In this document: positions 1 to 12,400 of the stretch, piece by piece
Numbering within the stretch: position 1 is the first letter of the stretch
How the letters are laid out: each line of letters opens with the position of its first letter
Assembly (NCBI RefSeq): GCF_030028105.1
Contig: NC_092382.1
Span: 53,891,764 to 53,955,763 of the forward strand
Reading direction: 5' to 3'
DNA: 64,000 bases
From: Mobula birostris
Taxonomy: Eukaryota
Position numbers and translations under genes: made by a program
Notes under the pieces: generated by a model
What the model was told of the DNA's origin: nothing
Databases searched by the model: none
The model's input: only the letters and a program-made list of their open reading frames with translations

Positions 1-870
1 GGTAAAAACCCGGCACGGATGAGAGCTGGGATCAGAGGGGGAAGGGGGGAGGCTGGGGGTGTCAATGGAGAGGGGAGGGTTGGGGTGAGAGGAAGATGGA
101 CCCTCTGAGGGCCCAGGAGTTGACGGTGGGATCTGAGGAAGACGGGGCTGCGGAGTGGTGGTGGGGGAAGGGGAGACGGGAGTCACAACAGCAGCACATA
201 AACACCCGGCCTGGAGTTCAAGGCTGGAGTCGCAGTTGGTGGTTGTACAATCGCTTTGAAGCTGTCTATGGTCGTTACTGGAGTCCGGGTTTTGAATACG
301 TCCTGAGGTGTTGGAGCCGGTGAGATCAGTGGCAGAAGCCGCAATCTGAAGTTCATGCCTGCTAGTTTCATGGCCAGCAGGCTCTGGAGTCCGTAGATGT
401 AGGATGTTGCGATCTTTGCCTAACATGACAAAGTCAAAAAAACGGCGATTGCAGGCGTGAATCCGACGGAGGATGAAGTAACGGTTAGGACCATTACAGA
501 CGGCGAAGATAGTGTCCCGAAGGTGTGGAAGGGTCTGGGATAGGGACACCAAGTACCTCCTCATGGCGGAGAGAGCCACCTTCAGAGCTTGACGGGAGAA
601 GCGGCGAGAGGCAGAGTCAATAAAACGTGAGTACCTGGGATCCTCAGAAGGTCCAAAATGAGAGGCTCGGAAACGAATCCTAAAGCCAACAGGAGTAAAT
701 TGGCGATGGAGGTATGTTCCAAGAAAGGATATATGGCTGTGATAGCGAGTCTGAGTCAAAATGTGGTAGAAAAGTTGAAGAGCTGAAGAAATTACAGATG
801 GGGAGCAGTGAGGGATGGTTTCACTAAACTCCGGTCGAAGAGAGGATCTAAACTTCTTCGGTGTAGGCAT
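1..870 (-). mobile_element. Penelope-like element (PLE), downstream tandem unit: N-terminal 290 codons of the RT/GIY-YIG ORF, open to the window edge
   Basis: ATG at 870-868 reads without a stop to base 1 (MPTPKKFRSSLRPEF...RYHSHISFLGTYLHRQFTPVGFRIRF...PSDPSSHPCRVFT). It is absent from the ORF track, presumably because it runs off the edge. It has a PLE-type N-terminal H-x2-FL-x8-P-x-G block and directly follows the pseudo-LTR. Confidence 0.8.
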
Positions 871-899
871 CACCGGAAGAGGCTTCACAGTAGTGAATT

Positions 900-1353
900 T
901 TAAATGCAAACAACAGCAATTCTGCAGAGGCTGGAAATTCAAGCGACACACATCAAAGTTGCTGGTGAATGCAGCAGGCCAGGCAGCACCTCTAGGAAGA
1001 GGTACAGTCGACGTTTCAGGCCAAGACCCTTCGTCAGGACTAACTGAAGGAAGAGTTAGTAAGAGATTTGAAAGTGGGAGGGGGAGGGGGAGATCCAAAA
1101 TGATCAGAAAAGACAGGAGGGGGAGGGATGGAGCCAAGAGCTGGACAGGTGATTGGCAAAGGGGATACGAGAGGATCATGGGACAGGGGGTCCGGAAAGA
1201 AAGACAAGGGGGGGGGACCCAGAGGAAGTTTAGATCCTCTCCTCGACCGGAGTTTAGGTATATTCAGAGGGACAGAGGGAGATAAAGGAGAGTGAGAGAA
1301 AGAAGTGTGTACAAAAATAAATAACGGATGGGGTACGAGGGGGAGGTGGGGCA
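900..1353 (-). repeat. PLE 3'UTR / pseudo-LTR
   Basis: Lies between the GIY-YIG stop (1354) and the next ORF start (870). The same sequence recurs as short dispersed pieces near 4.0, 4.9, 13.5, 26.8, 35.2 and 59.4 kb. Confidence 0.8.
1005..1046 (-). ncRNA. Minimal type I hammerhead ribozyme (PLE-associated)
   Basis: Minus strand reads cagttAGTC-CTGACGA-AGGgtcttggCCT-GAAAC-GTC^GACTg. Core CUGANGA/GAAA/NUH is intact, stem I is AGUC/GACU, stem II is AGG/CCU, and stem III is reduced to the ACGU palindrome. Predicted cut between 1010 and 1009. Confidence 0.85.
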
Positions 1354-2860
1354 TTAGCGGAAGTTAGAGAAGTCAATGTTCATGCCATCAGGTTGGAGGC
1401 TACCCAGACGGAATATAAGGTGTTGTTCCTCCAACCTGAGTGTGGCTTCATCTTTACAGTAGAGGAGGCCGTGGATAGACATGTCAGAATGGGAATGGGA
1501 TGTGGAATTAAAGTATGTGGCCACTGGAAGATCCTGCTTTCTCTGGCGGACAGAGCGTAGGTGTTCAGCAAAGCAGTCTCCCAGTCTGCGTCTGGTCTCG
1601 CCAATATATAGAAGGCCACATCGGGAGCACCGGACGCAGTATATCACCCCAGCCGACTCACAGGTGAAGTGTCGCCTCACCTGGAAGGACTGTCTGGGGC
1701 CCTGAATGGTGGTAAGGGAGGAAGTGTAAGGGCATGTGTAGCACTTGTTCCGCATACAAGGATAAATGCCAGGAGGGAGATCAGTGGGAAGGGATGGGGG
1801 GGGGGAGGTCGAATGGACCAGGGAGTCACGTAGGGAGCGATCCCTGCGGAAAGCAGAGAGGGGGGCGAGGGAAAGATGTGCTCAGTGGTGGGATCCCGTT
1901 GGAGGTGGCGGAAGTTAAGGAGAATAATATGTTGGACCCGGAGGCTGGTGGGGTGGTAGGTGAGGACCAGGGGAACCCTATTCCTAGTGGGTTGGCAGGA
2001 GGATCGAGTGAGAGCAGATGTGCGTGAAATAGGGGAGATGCGTTTGAGAGCAGGGTTGATAGTGGAGGAAGGGAAGCCCCTTTCTTTAAAAAAGGACATC
2101 TCCCTTGTCCTGGAATGAAAAGCCTCATCCTGAGAGCAGATGCGGCCGAGACGGAGGAATTGCGAGAAGGGGATGGCACTTTTGTAAGAGACAGGGTGAG
2201 AAGAAGAATAGTCCAGATAGCTGTGAGAGTCAGAGGCTTATAGTAGACATCAGCGGATAAGCTGTCTCCAGAGACAGAGACAGGAAGATCTAGAAAGGGG
2301 AGGGAGGTGTCTGAAATGGACCAGGTAAACTTGAGGGCAGGGTGAAAGTTGGAAGCAAAGTTAATAAAGTCAACGAGTTCTGCATGCGTGCAGGAAGCAG
2401 CGCCAATGCAGTCGTCGATGTAGCGGAGGAAAATTTGGGGACAGATACCAGAATTGGCACGGAACAGGGATTGTTCCACAAAGCCAACAAAAAGGCAGGC
2501 ATAGCTAGGACCCATACGGGTGCCCATAGCTACACCTTTAGTTTGGAGGAAATGGGAGGAGCCAAAGGAGAAATTATTAAGAGTAAGGACTAATTCCGCT
2601 AGACGGAGCAGAGTGGTGGTAGAGGGGAACTGATAGGTCTGGAATCCAAAAAGAAGCGGAGAGCATTGAGACCTTCCTGATAGGGGATGGAAGTATATAG
2701 GGACTGGACATCCATGGTGAAAATAAAGCGGTGGGGGCCAGGGAACTTAAAATCATCGAAAAGTTTAAGAGCGTGAGAAGTGTCACAACATAGGTAGGAA
2801 GGGATTGAACAAGGGGGGATAAAACCGTGTCGAGGTATGCAGAAACGGGTTCGGTGGGGG
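1354..2860 (-). mobile_element. PLE upstream unit, 5'-truncated and frameshifted RT plus GIY-YIG endonuclease (Neptune-like)
   Basis: ORF pieces 2577-2894, 1826-2527 (MGTRMGPSYACLF, FLRYIDDC, LPFLDL), 1677-2099 and 1354-1755 (CYTC linker; GVIYCVRCSRCGLLYIGETRRRL, EH, E..LI..L...P.GMN). Confidence 0.92.
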
Positions 2861-3585
2861 TGTTTACCTTCGTGATGGGGGATGTTTTTTTCACCTTCCT
2901 GATGCTGGAGGGACTCAGATGCTGCCTGGCCTGCTAAGTTCTTCTAGCATTGTGTGTGTGTGTGTTGACCAGACCTTCTCACAGTTGCAGTGGGAGTGAA
3001 TAGACGTCGGCGTCTCCCTGTCCCGGGACAGGTGAGGAATGTTTGAGCTGAAACTCGTCCTGTCCCAGGCATCCCCGCTGACATTCCAGGCGGAGCTCAG
3101 AATCTGGGGTGGGCAAATCAAAGTTTCGGTGATTTAGCAGAGAACCTCCGCCCCACTGGAAGGGATAGGAAATGAAGGAGACAGCTTGTCATATGTGAAC
3201 GCAAATGTGTTCTGAGCGACGACTTCTACTTATCGAGCAGTCTGGGCACCGGCTGGTCAACCAGAAGTCCCAGTACCTGGTGAGCACGTTTGTCTCTCAC
3301 ATGGGACCGTGGGTCTGTGGTATCGGGGACCACACGTAACGACGACTGATTACATCAGAGGGAAGGGTTGTCTATACTTCACCACAATCACGGAGGTCCA
3401 GGAGAGATCGGGTGGGCATCAATAGGACAAGGCAGCTCTGACAGGCTCAAGTTAACGTGTCAATTATTGCACTTACGGACAAACACTCTGCAGGGTGTTT
3501 TCTACTGAGTCTGAAGAGAAGGCATCTTTCACTCTCATAGCGATTTCTGAAATGCCTCACGCAGCAAGGTCCCGTCTTCTCTAAC

Positions 3586-3685
3586 ACTCTCTCTCTCCCT
3601 TCTCTCCCTCTCTCTCTCTCTATCTATCTCTTTCTATCCTTCTCTCTCTTTCTCACACAGTCTCTCCCTGTCTCTTTCTCTCGTT
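3586..3685. repeat. Imperfect (CT)n microsatellite
   Basis: Visible CT/TC dinucleotide run. Confidence 0.9.
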
Positions 3686-4000
3686 CCGTCAAAATTCGGG
3701 TGTATCGGAGCGTTCTACATTTTTTTTTTTATTTCTGCAGTGCGATGACTTTTGATAGAAAACGGAGTGTGATATTTCTGGTGAGAGAGAGGGGGGAGAC
3801 GGATCTCGACAGATCTGCATTTGCCACGGTGAATCCGGTAGCTGGATGTAATTAAATCGACCAGCAGCAATCGCCGGCTGACCAAGTGAATGTAATTTTA
3901 AGGGGGGAGATTTCATCCCTCCGTAAGGAGGAACAGTTGGGGCATTTATGAAGTAAATGTGATCGCGGGGTAAACGTGAAGAGAGTAAACCGCGATCATT

Positions 4001-4105
4001 TCACACATCAAAGTTGCTGGTGAATGCAGCAGGCCAGGCAGCATCTCCAGCAAGAGGTGCAGTCGACGTTTCAGCCCGAGATGCTGCCTGGCCTGCTGCG
4101 TTCAC
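4001..4105. repeat. Short inverted (fold-back) PLE pseudo-LTR fragment
   Basis: gtgaatgcagcaggccaggcagcatctc ... gagatgctgcctggcctgctgcgttcac; matches 945-1020. ttcacac occurs at both ends (4000-4006 and 4101-4107). Confidence 0.8.
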
Positions 4106-4769
4106 ACTCCCAACCCTATTCAAAGCACAACTCACAAACAGCAGGGTGGTCCCTCGGAGGTAACAAAAAAGAGAGAGGGTGACACACACGTGGGCTCCTT
4201 TATAGGACTGGAAAGTCCAGCCCAGGTTAAACTGATTACAAAGGGCAATCATTTCTATTCACATTCCTCCGGCCTCACTGGACAGGAGCACTGAAACCTC
4301 AAGAGAGAACCAGCAGGAGGTGGCCATTCAGCCCCTCTAACCATCAACAAGATGACGGCTGCTCTCCCATCTCAGAAACATGTTTCTGCCCGATCCTCAT
4401 TTCCTTCACACATCTGCCGGCCTCTGTTTTATGTGAGGACGATCACTGAGTCTTCACTGTCCTCTGTGGTGGGGATTTACAGACATTCACCACCCTCGGA
4501 GTGGAGACATTTCCCCTCATCTCAGTCCCGGACAGTCCACCCCCCTTTTCAGAGACTGGGATTCCTGGTTCAACCGGTAATGATGTTGTGCATTTCAATG
4601 TGTTCACCTCTTAGTCCTCGATTCTCTAAATGAAAGGGTTATCACATTTGATCTTTCTTCATATGATGACCCACCACTCCAGGGATCAGTCTGGTGAATC
4701 TTCATTGCACTCTCTATAACAAATATTCTCTAACCTCTTTGTTAATCCTCTATGGAATTAATTTCCATT

Positions 4770-5025
4770 TTCTGCAGCTCCCTGTTGCCCCAACCACTCA
4801 CCTCCCAATCCTGTCACCATTTCCACCTTCCCACCTCCCCCTCACCTGGATCCACCTCTCACTCCCCAGCTCTTGCTCCATCCCCACCCCTCACCTCTTT
4901 TCTCTGACTATTTCCCGTCCACTCTCAGTCCAGAGGGAGGGTCTCGGCCCGAAATGTTGACGGTCCATTTCCCTCCAGAGATGCTGCCCGACCCACTGAG
5001 TGCCTCCGGCAGTTTGTTCTTTGGT
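4770..5025 (+). repeat. Diverged PLE 3'UTR fragment with degenerate hammerhead
   Basis: cagtc-cagaggga-gggtctcggccc-gaaat-gtt-gac at about 4926-4961, followed by agatgctgcc. Confidence 0.65.
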
Positions 5026-5436
5026 CTGTATAACCCGTGTTAGTGTGGGGAGCGGGATTTTACACCATATTCCCGGTACAATCTCAACAAAACACAAATA
5101 ATTGTCACTTTGCCCGGACCAGTGGCCCCGCTTGCAGGTCAACAGTCTGCCGGTGTTTGCCCCCCAATGTGGTGAATCGCCACCACCGTGGGCTCAGACA
5201 TTTCCACAGATGAACCCCTCCTGTCCCCACCGGGACAAACATCCTGTCCGCCCCCTCTCTCACCGTCTTCATCCTTTCAGAAAAATCCCCCTCTCCCTCC
5301 TCGGAGAACCGGCATCAAACCGACGGGCCGAGCGGTCTCCTCCTACCACTCAGCGATACATCAGACTCCGGCTGCAGGAGACCCTTCACAAACGCCCCAA
5401 CTTCCCTCGGAAATAAATCAGAAAGCGGACATTTAC

Positions 5437-5570
5437 TTTGGGATTTACAGCAGGAGACGGGGTAACGCCCTCTCGGCTGGTCCACCTCGACTATTGGGTG
5501 TAACCAGTGATTGACATCGCTTCGCACCAATGGGAATAGCGCAGCTCTGCTTTCAGTTCAATTCCGCTGT
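5437..5570 (-). promoter_or_regulatory. Candidate promoter and non-coding first exon (CCAAT boxes, IRF-E-like motif, splice donor)
   Basis: Minus strand has GGAATTGAACTGAAAG (about 5564-5549), CCAAT boxes on opposite strands (about 5493-5497 and 5527-5531), and donor CCCAAA|GTAAAT at 5437/5436, in a CpG-retaining block. Confidence 0.35.
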
Positions 5571-5579
5571 TGATTGTTC

Positions 5580-6420
5580 GGGGGGGGGAGGGTGCGTGAC
5601 TCGTGACCTTGACCCACACCAGTGTCCATCACAAAAACCTCTCCACCTAGTGTTCTCTAGAACCTTGTCCCAATTCTACCATCCTGATTGGATGACACTA
5701 CATTCCTAAGCGTGAACATCACAACCTCTTATCTTTAGTTCAAACTCAAGCATGCTGAAAGCAGAACAGACTGTTGTTACAGAACTGCTAAAATGAAATA
5801 CCTACAACATAGCAGCAAACATCTCAACCAGGGTGTTACACTCACCCCGCACTAAAAACAGTCATGTCTTCATGACTTTGAAATTTATCAACCCATCCTT
5901 AATAACACAGTTTTCAAAGAATTGCGTGATGTCAGGATCTCCAATCCATTTGAAAATGGTAGAGACATATCTTACTAGTGAGATAGATGCAACACTCTGT
6001 TCCCCTGGTGCATCGTAGGCAGCCTATCTAGATGTTTTCTGACTCTTTGAGACCTTCTTATCCCAACTTGGCTCCTCCAGCTTCAACCACCACTTCCGAC
6101 TCTTCTTGTCTACTGGAGGATGCCTCCTCCTGTCTATCAGCCATGTCTTCTGGTGGCTCCGCTCCCCCTGCTCCATGACAACTTAACTTTTTCAGTTTAA
6201 GCAGGTGCTGCCAAACATCTTCAACCTCCATTGGTGCCAACTGGCTCGACCTCTCTTGGAAAGGGATGTCTTGGTCGCTCGAAAAAGTGTGGCAAGTATT
6301 CTTGGAGAAATCAACATCAGACTCATCAGTAGAAAAGGCATCTTTGTGTCCCAGCATCTTCTCAGTTAATCTCCTTTTCCATTCCTCTGGCATTTTGGGA
6401 GATTTCTGGGGTCATTTTCG
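5580..6420 (-). mobile_element. Gypsy/Ty3 LTR retrotransposon relic (pol fragment plus partial 3' LTR)
   Basis: ORF 6058-6393 (KRRLTEKML..KDAFSTDESDV...IPFQERSSQLAPMEVEDVWQHL) resembles the Gypsy pre-RT region. A purine-rich tract gcggggtgag is followed by an LTR start TGTAACACC at 5840. Confidence 0.7.
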
Positions 6421-6469
6421 TGGCGGTATTCATTCCAGCTCACACTTCTGTCAATCAGGCTGTAGATGA

Positions 6470-8760
6470 TCGGAACGGTGGTATCAACGAGTACAAAACA
6501 GCACACCCGAAGGCTTTCAGCATCGGTTTGGGGGATTTGAACCAGGCCAGTCTAAAAACAAAAAAACACTAAGTAATTTCCATAACAGGTCACTTGCAAT
6601 ACGGGAGGAAACAACACAATGGATCACTGTTTCACCACAATGAAGAATGTCTGCCGTCCTATTCCACGCTCTCACTTCAGGACGTCCGATCAGCTGGCTG
6701 TACTTCTACTACCTGAGCATAGGCAGAGACTGAAGACTGTAACATCAGTAGTGAGGACCGAGAACGTTTGGACAAGGAAAGCATAGGAGCGCTTACAGGA
6801 CTGCTCTGAATCGGTTGTCTGGACTGTATTCAGGGATTCATTTTCGAACCTGGATGCGTACGTTGCAGTTGTTACCCACGTCATTCAAACCAGTGTGGGT
6901 GCGTGTGTGCCTCGAAAAACTTACTCTGCATTCGCAAACCACAGGGCGTCCATGAACGAAGATATTGTCTGCTGAAGACTAGATCTGTTGCATTCAAGTC
7001 TGGCGACCCGGTTCTGTACGAGAAAACCATGTATGATTTGCGGAGGGCTATTTCAAGGGCGAAGAGACGATTTCGAACGGGATTGGTGGCGATGTCGGAT
7101 GTACGACAACCCTGGCAGTGTTTGCAGGAATATTACTTCCTACAAAGCGAAACCCTAAAGCATGAATGGCAACGATGCTTCAATACCAGAACAACTCAAC
7201 GCCTTCTATGCCCGCTTTGAAAGGGAGAATATAACTACAGCTTGGAAGATCCCTGCTGCACAAGATTACTTTGTGATCTCTGTTCAGATGCCGATTATAG
7301 GTTCTCTTTAAAGAGCGTGAACCCCGCAAGGCGGAACGTCCCGATGGAATACATGGTAAGGCTCTGATAACTTGTGCCATCCAACTGACAGGAGTACTCA
7401 AGGTCATTTTCAAACTCTCACAGCTACAGACAGAAGTTCCCACTTGCTTCAAAAAGGCAACAATTATATCAGTGCCTAAGAAGAATACTGTGAGCTGCCT
7501 TGATGAATATCGCCCGGTAGCACTCATATCTACAATGATGAAATGCTTTGAGAGGTTGATCGTGACTGGACTGAACTCTCTCAGCAAGGACCTGGACCCA
7601 TTGCAATTTCCCTATCGCCACAATAGGTCAAAGGCAGACGCAATCTCAAAGGCTTTTCACTCGCCTTTAGACCACATGGACAATACAAACATCTATGTCA
7701 ATATGCTATTCATCGACTATAGCTCAGAATTTAACGCCATCATTCCGACAATCCTGTTGATAAGTTATAGAACCTGTGCCTCTCTACCTACCTCTGTAAT
7801 CGTATCTTCGACGTCTAAGCGGAAGACCTCAATCTGTGCGGATTGGTGATAATATCTCCTCCTCGCTGACCATCAACACTGCACCTCAGGGATGTATGCG
7901 TAACCCACTGCTCTACTCTCTCTGTACCAATGACTGTCTGGCTAGGCATTGTTCAAATACCATCTACAGATTGGCTGAATATACAAGCATTGTTGTTGTA
8001 ATCTCAAATGGAGACGAGACGGCGTACAGGAGCGAGATTTGCCAACTAGTGGAGTGGTGTCGCATCGAACACCTGCAGCCAACGTCAGTAAGGCGAAAGA
8101 GCTCGTTGTTTACTTCAGGTACGGTAGGGCTAAAGAATAGAAATCAGTCCTTATAGAGGGATTAGAAGTGGAGAGTAGGAGCAGTTTCATGTTCCTGGGT
8201 GTCAAGACATCAGAGGACCTAACTTAGTCACATCATATCGATGCAATTATAAAGAAGACAAGGGGTGAATATGCTTCCTTATGAGTTTGAAGAGATCTGG
8301 TGTGTCAACAAATACACTCAATATCTTCTATAGATGTAGCATGGAGAGCAATGTGACAGGCTGCATCAATATCTGGTATGCGGGGTGGGGTGGGGTGGTG
8401 GTGGTGGTGTTGCTACTGCACAGGACAGAAAGAAGCCTCACAGTGTCGTAAATTCAGTCAACTCCATCTTGGGCACTCGCCTACAAAGTGCTCAGAACAT
8501 CTTCAACGAGCAGTGCCTTAGAGAGGCAGCGTCCATTATTAAGGACCTCCAGCACCCAGGGCATGCCCTTTTCTCTCTGTTACCATCCGGAAGGTGATAC
8601 AGAAGCATGAAGACACACACTCAGCGTTTCAGTAACAGCTTCTTCCCCTCTGCTATACGATTCTTACATGGAAGTAAACCGTGAACACCTCTTCACTTTT
8701 TTTATTATATATTATTTTTGTTTTTGCAGGATTTTTAATCTATTCAATCTACGTATATTG
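6470..8760 (+). mobile_element. Rex1/Babar-clade LINE, decayed EN-RT
   Basis: Frameshifted pieces VPKKNTVSCLDEYRPVALISTMMKCFERL, LDPLQFPYRHNRS, LFIDYSSEFNAI, APQGC..PLLYSL, HPGHALFSLLPSGR. Confidence 0.85.
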
Positions 8761-9335
8761 TGTAAGGAGTTCTTATTTTATGTGACTGCGTATGTTAATC
8801 AAAATGGCTTCTTTGCTATGTTAAGTGCTAAGAAGGTGCTCTCGCTGCCGTTTGTTTGATAAGAGAGTTAGTGAACCAATGGGGATCCATGTTATTCATT
8901 TTTGGGTTGATATGCTATCTCATATGGCTGGGAAACGGGGGTTTTGGCGGGGAGTTGGAGCAGAGACCGGGAGGAAGACGGAATTGCTGACAGCGCTCTG
9001 GTCGATCACTTCGAGCTGCGAGTCGAGGGGGTCGGAGTGGATCGCAGGGTAAAGAAGGAAGGTTCAGAGCTCCAGCTGTGTGAAGAAGAAATTGAACTTA
9101 GATAAGTCTGGCGTCTTTTTTTTTTTCCATTCCCTTTTCCCTCTATTAATCTCATAGTCCTAGTAAGATTTATGAAGTGTAATCTGTAAAATGTATATTG
9201 TGTGCTGGCTGATGATTGATGTTTGAGGCCGAAGCAGGTGGTATTGCACAGCAACCGACGTAACCGGGAGGCAAGGTTGGGCGGCGGACAGGGTTTCCTC
9301 GAGATAAATACGAGCCGATGTAGCTGAGCGTTACA
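8761..9335 (+). mobile_element. 5' LTR of Gypsy element
   Basis: Starts TGTAA (8761) and ends TTACA (9335). Followed by tgggggcaacgtccgg, which resembles the tRNA-Pro primer-binding site TGGGGGCTCGTCCGGGAT. Confidence 0.75.
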
Positions 9336-9405
9336 TTTGTGGGGGCAACGTCCGGAAACGAATGTTCGGTAAGCTGTATAAATCGCCACATTAAGTGGTG
9401 CGGAG

Positions 9406-12400
9406 ATGGATCGAGATAAGATTGTAAACTGGTGTGAGTTAGAGGACGTGCCGGTGAATCATGTGTGCGTATTAAGTGGGATGGGTTTCCGCATTTCGGG
9501 AGAAGCGTTAATGCGGGTGTTGAGTTTGATCAAAGGTATGGGGCAGGTAGAACTGGTAGCGAGAAGGTGCGGTAAAGAAGTGGAGTCCAGCTGGGTGTTG
9601 GTTCGTACGAGTGCTGACGTCATGACGCTAGAACTGCCAGCGACGGTCCACGTCCAGGGGGGAAGGCAGGGCCATGGGGCCTCCACACCCTCCCGGAGGA
9701 AGAAAGTGAGGAGACCCCAGAGGTGGTGCCAGTAGCCAGTGGTGGAGGGTCAGTGTGGGAAGGCATCATTCTTCCATCATTCGGGCAGCAGCTGATCAGA
9801 GAGGTGCGGGAGGAGAAGAGCGCATTGGGTCGGAAAAGGGGCTTGGGCCACCAGGGACGGTCCTCAGCGGTACACAAGGTGGCGGCCGGGTTGAAAACCG
9901 AGAAACCCAAGGGGTCCCATGGGAAAAGGGACCCCCCCCCCCCCACCGTCCCCCGTTTGAGGGGATGGACAGGGAGAGTACACCCTTCGGGGGACGGCCC
10001 GCGCAGTGGGCTGGGAGTGGCGGGCGACCCGGAGGAAGGGGGCGGCGGGTAGCTTGTGCTATAATTGTGGGGAAGAGGAGCATTTCCGGCGGGAACGTGA
10101 GCGCCCAGGGGTGTGCTACAGCTTTGCGGAAGGGGCCACTTTCGGAAGGATTGTGAGAAGCCCCCGGGCGACTAAGAAGGGAGAGGTGTCGGGAAACTTA
10201 GGAGAGACTCAGTGAGGGAACGGACTGGAGTCTCTGGAGGAACGCGTTCCCAGAAATCAGCCATGGGACCCCCGAAAGAACAAGCCCTTATTCCGGATGG
10301 ACTGGTGGGACCCCGTTACAGTGTGTCCCTACCGATAGAGGGAGTCTTTGCAAAAGCCATCCTTGACACAGTATCGCAGTTTACCTTGTTACACCAGTCG
10401 TTCTACAACAAATATCTGAAGCATTTGCCAGTAACCCCGTTTAATGCACTGGAAATTTGGGGCATAAGTGATGGTGATTACCCGCACGATGGGTACCTGT
10501 CAGTGAGATTGGAATTCTCGGAGGGCGATGTGGGAGTGTCGGAAGCCCTTGAGACGCTGGTGTTGGTTTGTCCGGATCCGGTGGAAATAGGTGGCGCTGC
10601 CCCTCTGGTGAGGACTAACTCTCCTCCTGTGCGACGGCTCCTGGGAACCTGTAAGGAGAAGGCGGGGCAGAACTTTCTGGAGACCCTCTCGGAACACCCA
10701 GTGTTTCGAGCAGTGTTCGAAGAAGTGATTGACCCCCAGGGGCTGGAACCTGAGTTCAAACGAGGGACAGTATGATGTACTCAGACGAGGCCTAAAGTGA
10801 TACAGCCAGGGGAGGTGGCACTAGTGAATGGGACCCCCAGATGCCCCGGAGTACCGGCGGGCGCGGCCCTAAAAGTATACCTTGAAGGGGTGTCCCGGTT
10901 CCCGGCTGGGGTACTGGTGAGACCTGAATTGCAGAGGCCCTCGTTTGTCCAGGCACGCCGAATGAGGGTGATTGTAAGGAACACAACGGAGTGGTAGAAT
11001 GTCCCTGCCCCGGGAGTGAAGTCCATGTGTCAATTTGCGTGCGACGCTGTAACAGGAACCCCGATGGGGCCATATCGGGCATAGGATCAATTGGGGGCTG
11101 ATGATGACGCGCTACGCACTATGTAGTGTAATTTGACTGCTCTGAGGAACAGGCAGCTGCCGGAGTTGAGCCCCCAGGACGTGGGGGCGGCTCAACGTGA
11201 TGACCCGGGCATTGGCACGATCTGGTACGTGGCTAAAGAGGGAGATATGGCTCAGGCGGAGAAAGTGAAACACACCTCAGTGCCCTTACTACTGAAGGAG
11301 TGGCCCGGTTGAAGCTGAAGAACCAAATCTTTTACCGGGTCAGGTCGCCCTCGCACCACCGCCGGCGTTGGCAGCTGGTCATGCCTAAGAAGTATCGGAA
11401 GACTGTGCTCAAGTTAGTACATGATGATTCCGGGCAGTTGGGGGTGGAAAACACCTATGGATTACTCAGGGACCGGTTTTACTGGCCCAGGATGAGGGGG
11501 TGGTTGAAGAATACTGTTAGAAATGCAGTCGCTGCATCCGGAGGAAGACCCAGCCTGCGCTGGCGTCTCCATTGTCCCACTTGCAGAGTGCGGGACTCAT
11601 AGACCTGGTGTGTATGGATTTCCTGTTTATTGAGCCAGACACCAGCAACATCGCCAATGTCTTAGACATCACGAATCACTACACTAGATATGCACAGGCA
11701 TTTCCCACTAAGGACCAGCAAGTGACTACAGTGGTGAAGGTGTTATGGGAGAAGTACTTCGTTCATTAGGGCCTCCCCCGGCGGATACATAGTGATCAGG
11801 GACGGGACTTCGAGAGCAGGCTTATCAATGAATTACTGGGTATGCTTGGGGCTGAAAAATCCAGGACCACCCCCCATCACCCGCAAGGTGATCCTCATCC
11901 CGAGAGGTTTAACCGGACCCTGTTGGACATGCTAGGACTTTGGAGATCGGACAGAAAAGTAAGTGGAGTCAGCACATTGCCCATTTGGTTCATTGTTACA
12001 ATTGTACTCGCAATGATGCTACGGGGTACTCGCCCTATTATCTGATGTTCGGACGGGAAGCGAGGTTGCCCATTGATCTGTGTTTTGGGACTGAAGCGGG
12101 TGAAATACCTTCGAAGCCATATCTGAACTACGTAGCCGATATGAGGAGAGAGTTGAAAAGGGCGTACGAGTTGGCTGAGGCGGCGACCACCAAGCAGAAT
12201 CAGCGGAATAAGAAGAGGTATGATCAGAAAGTAAAATTCTCCTAACTATTGGCGGGAGACCGGGTCCTTATCCGGAATTTAGGACTACCTGGTAATCACA
12301 AGTTGGCTGATCGCTGGGCAGCCACCCCCTATGTGGTAGAAAGCCAGATGCCGAATCTACCTGTTTACCGGGTGAGACCCGAGGGCGGGCAGGGGTCTGT

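Noticed and set aside
9406-9735. Domesticated PNMA-like host gene
   Set aside because: It sits inside an LTR element with PBS, protease and integrase, and is frameshifted and deleted.
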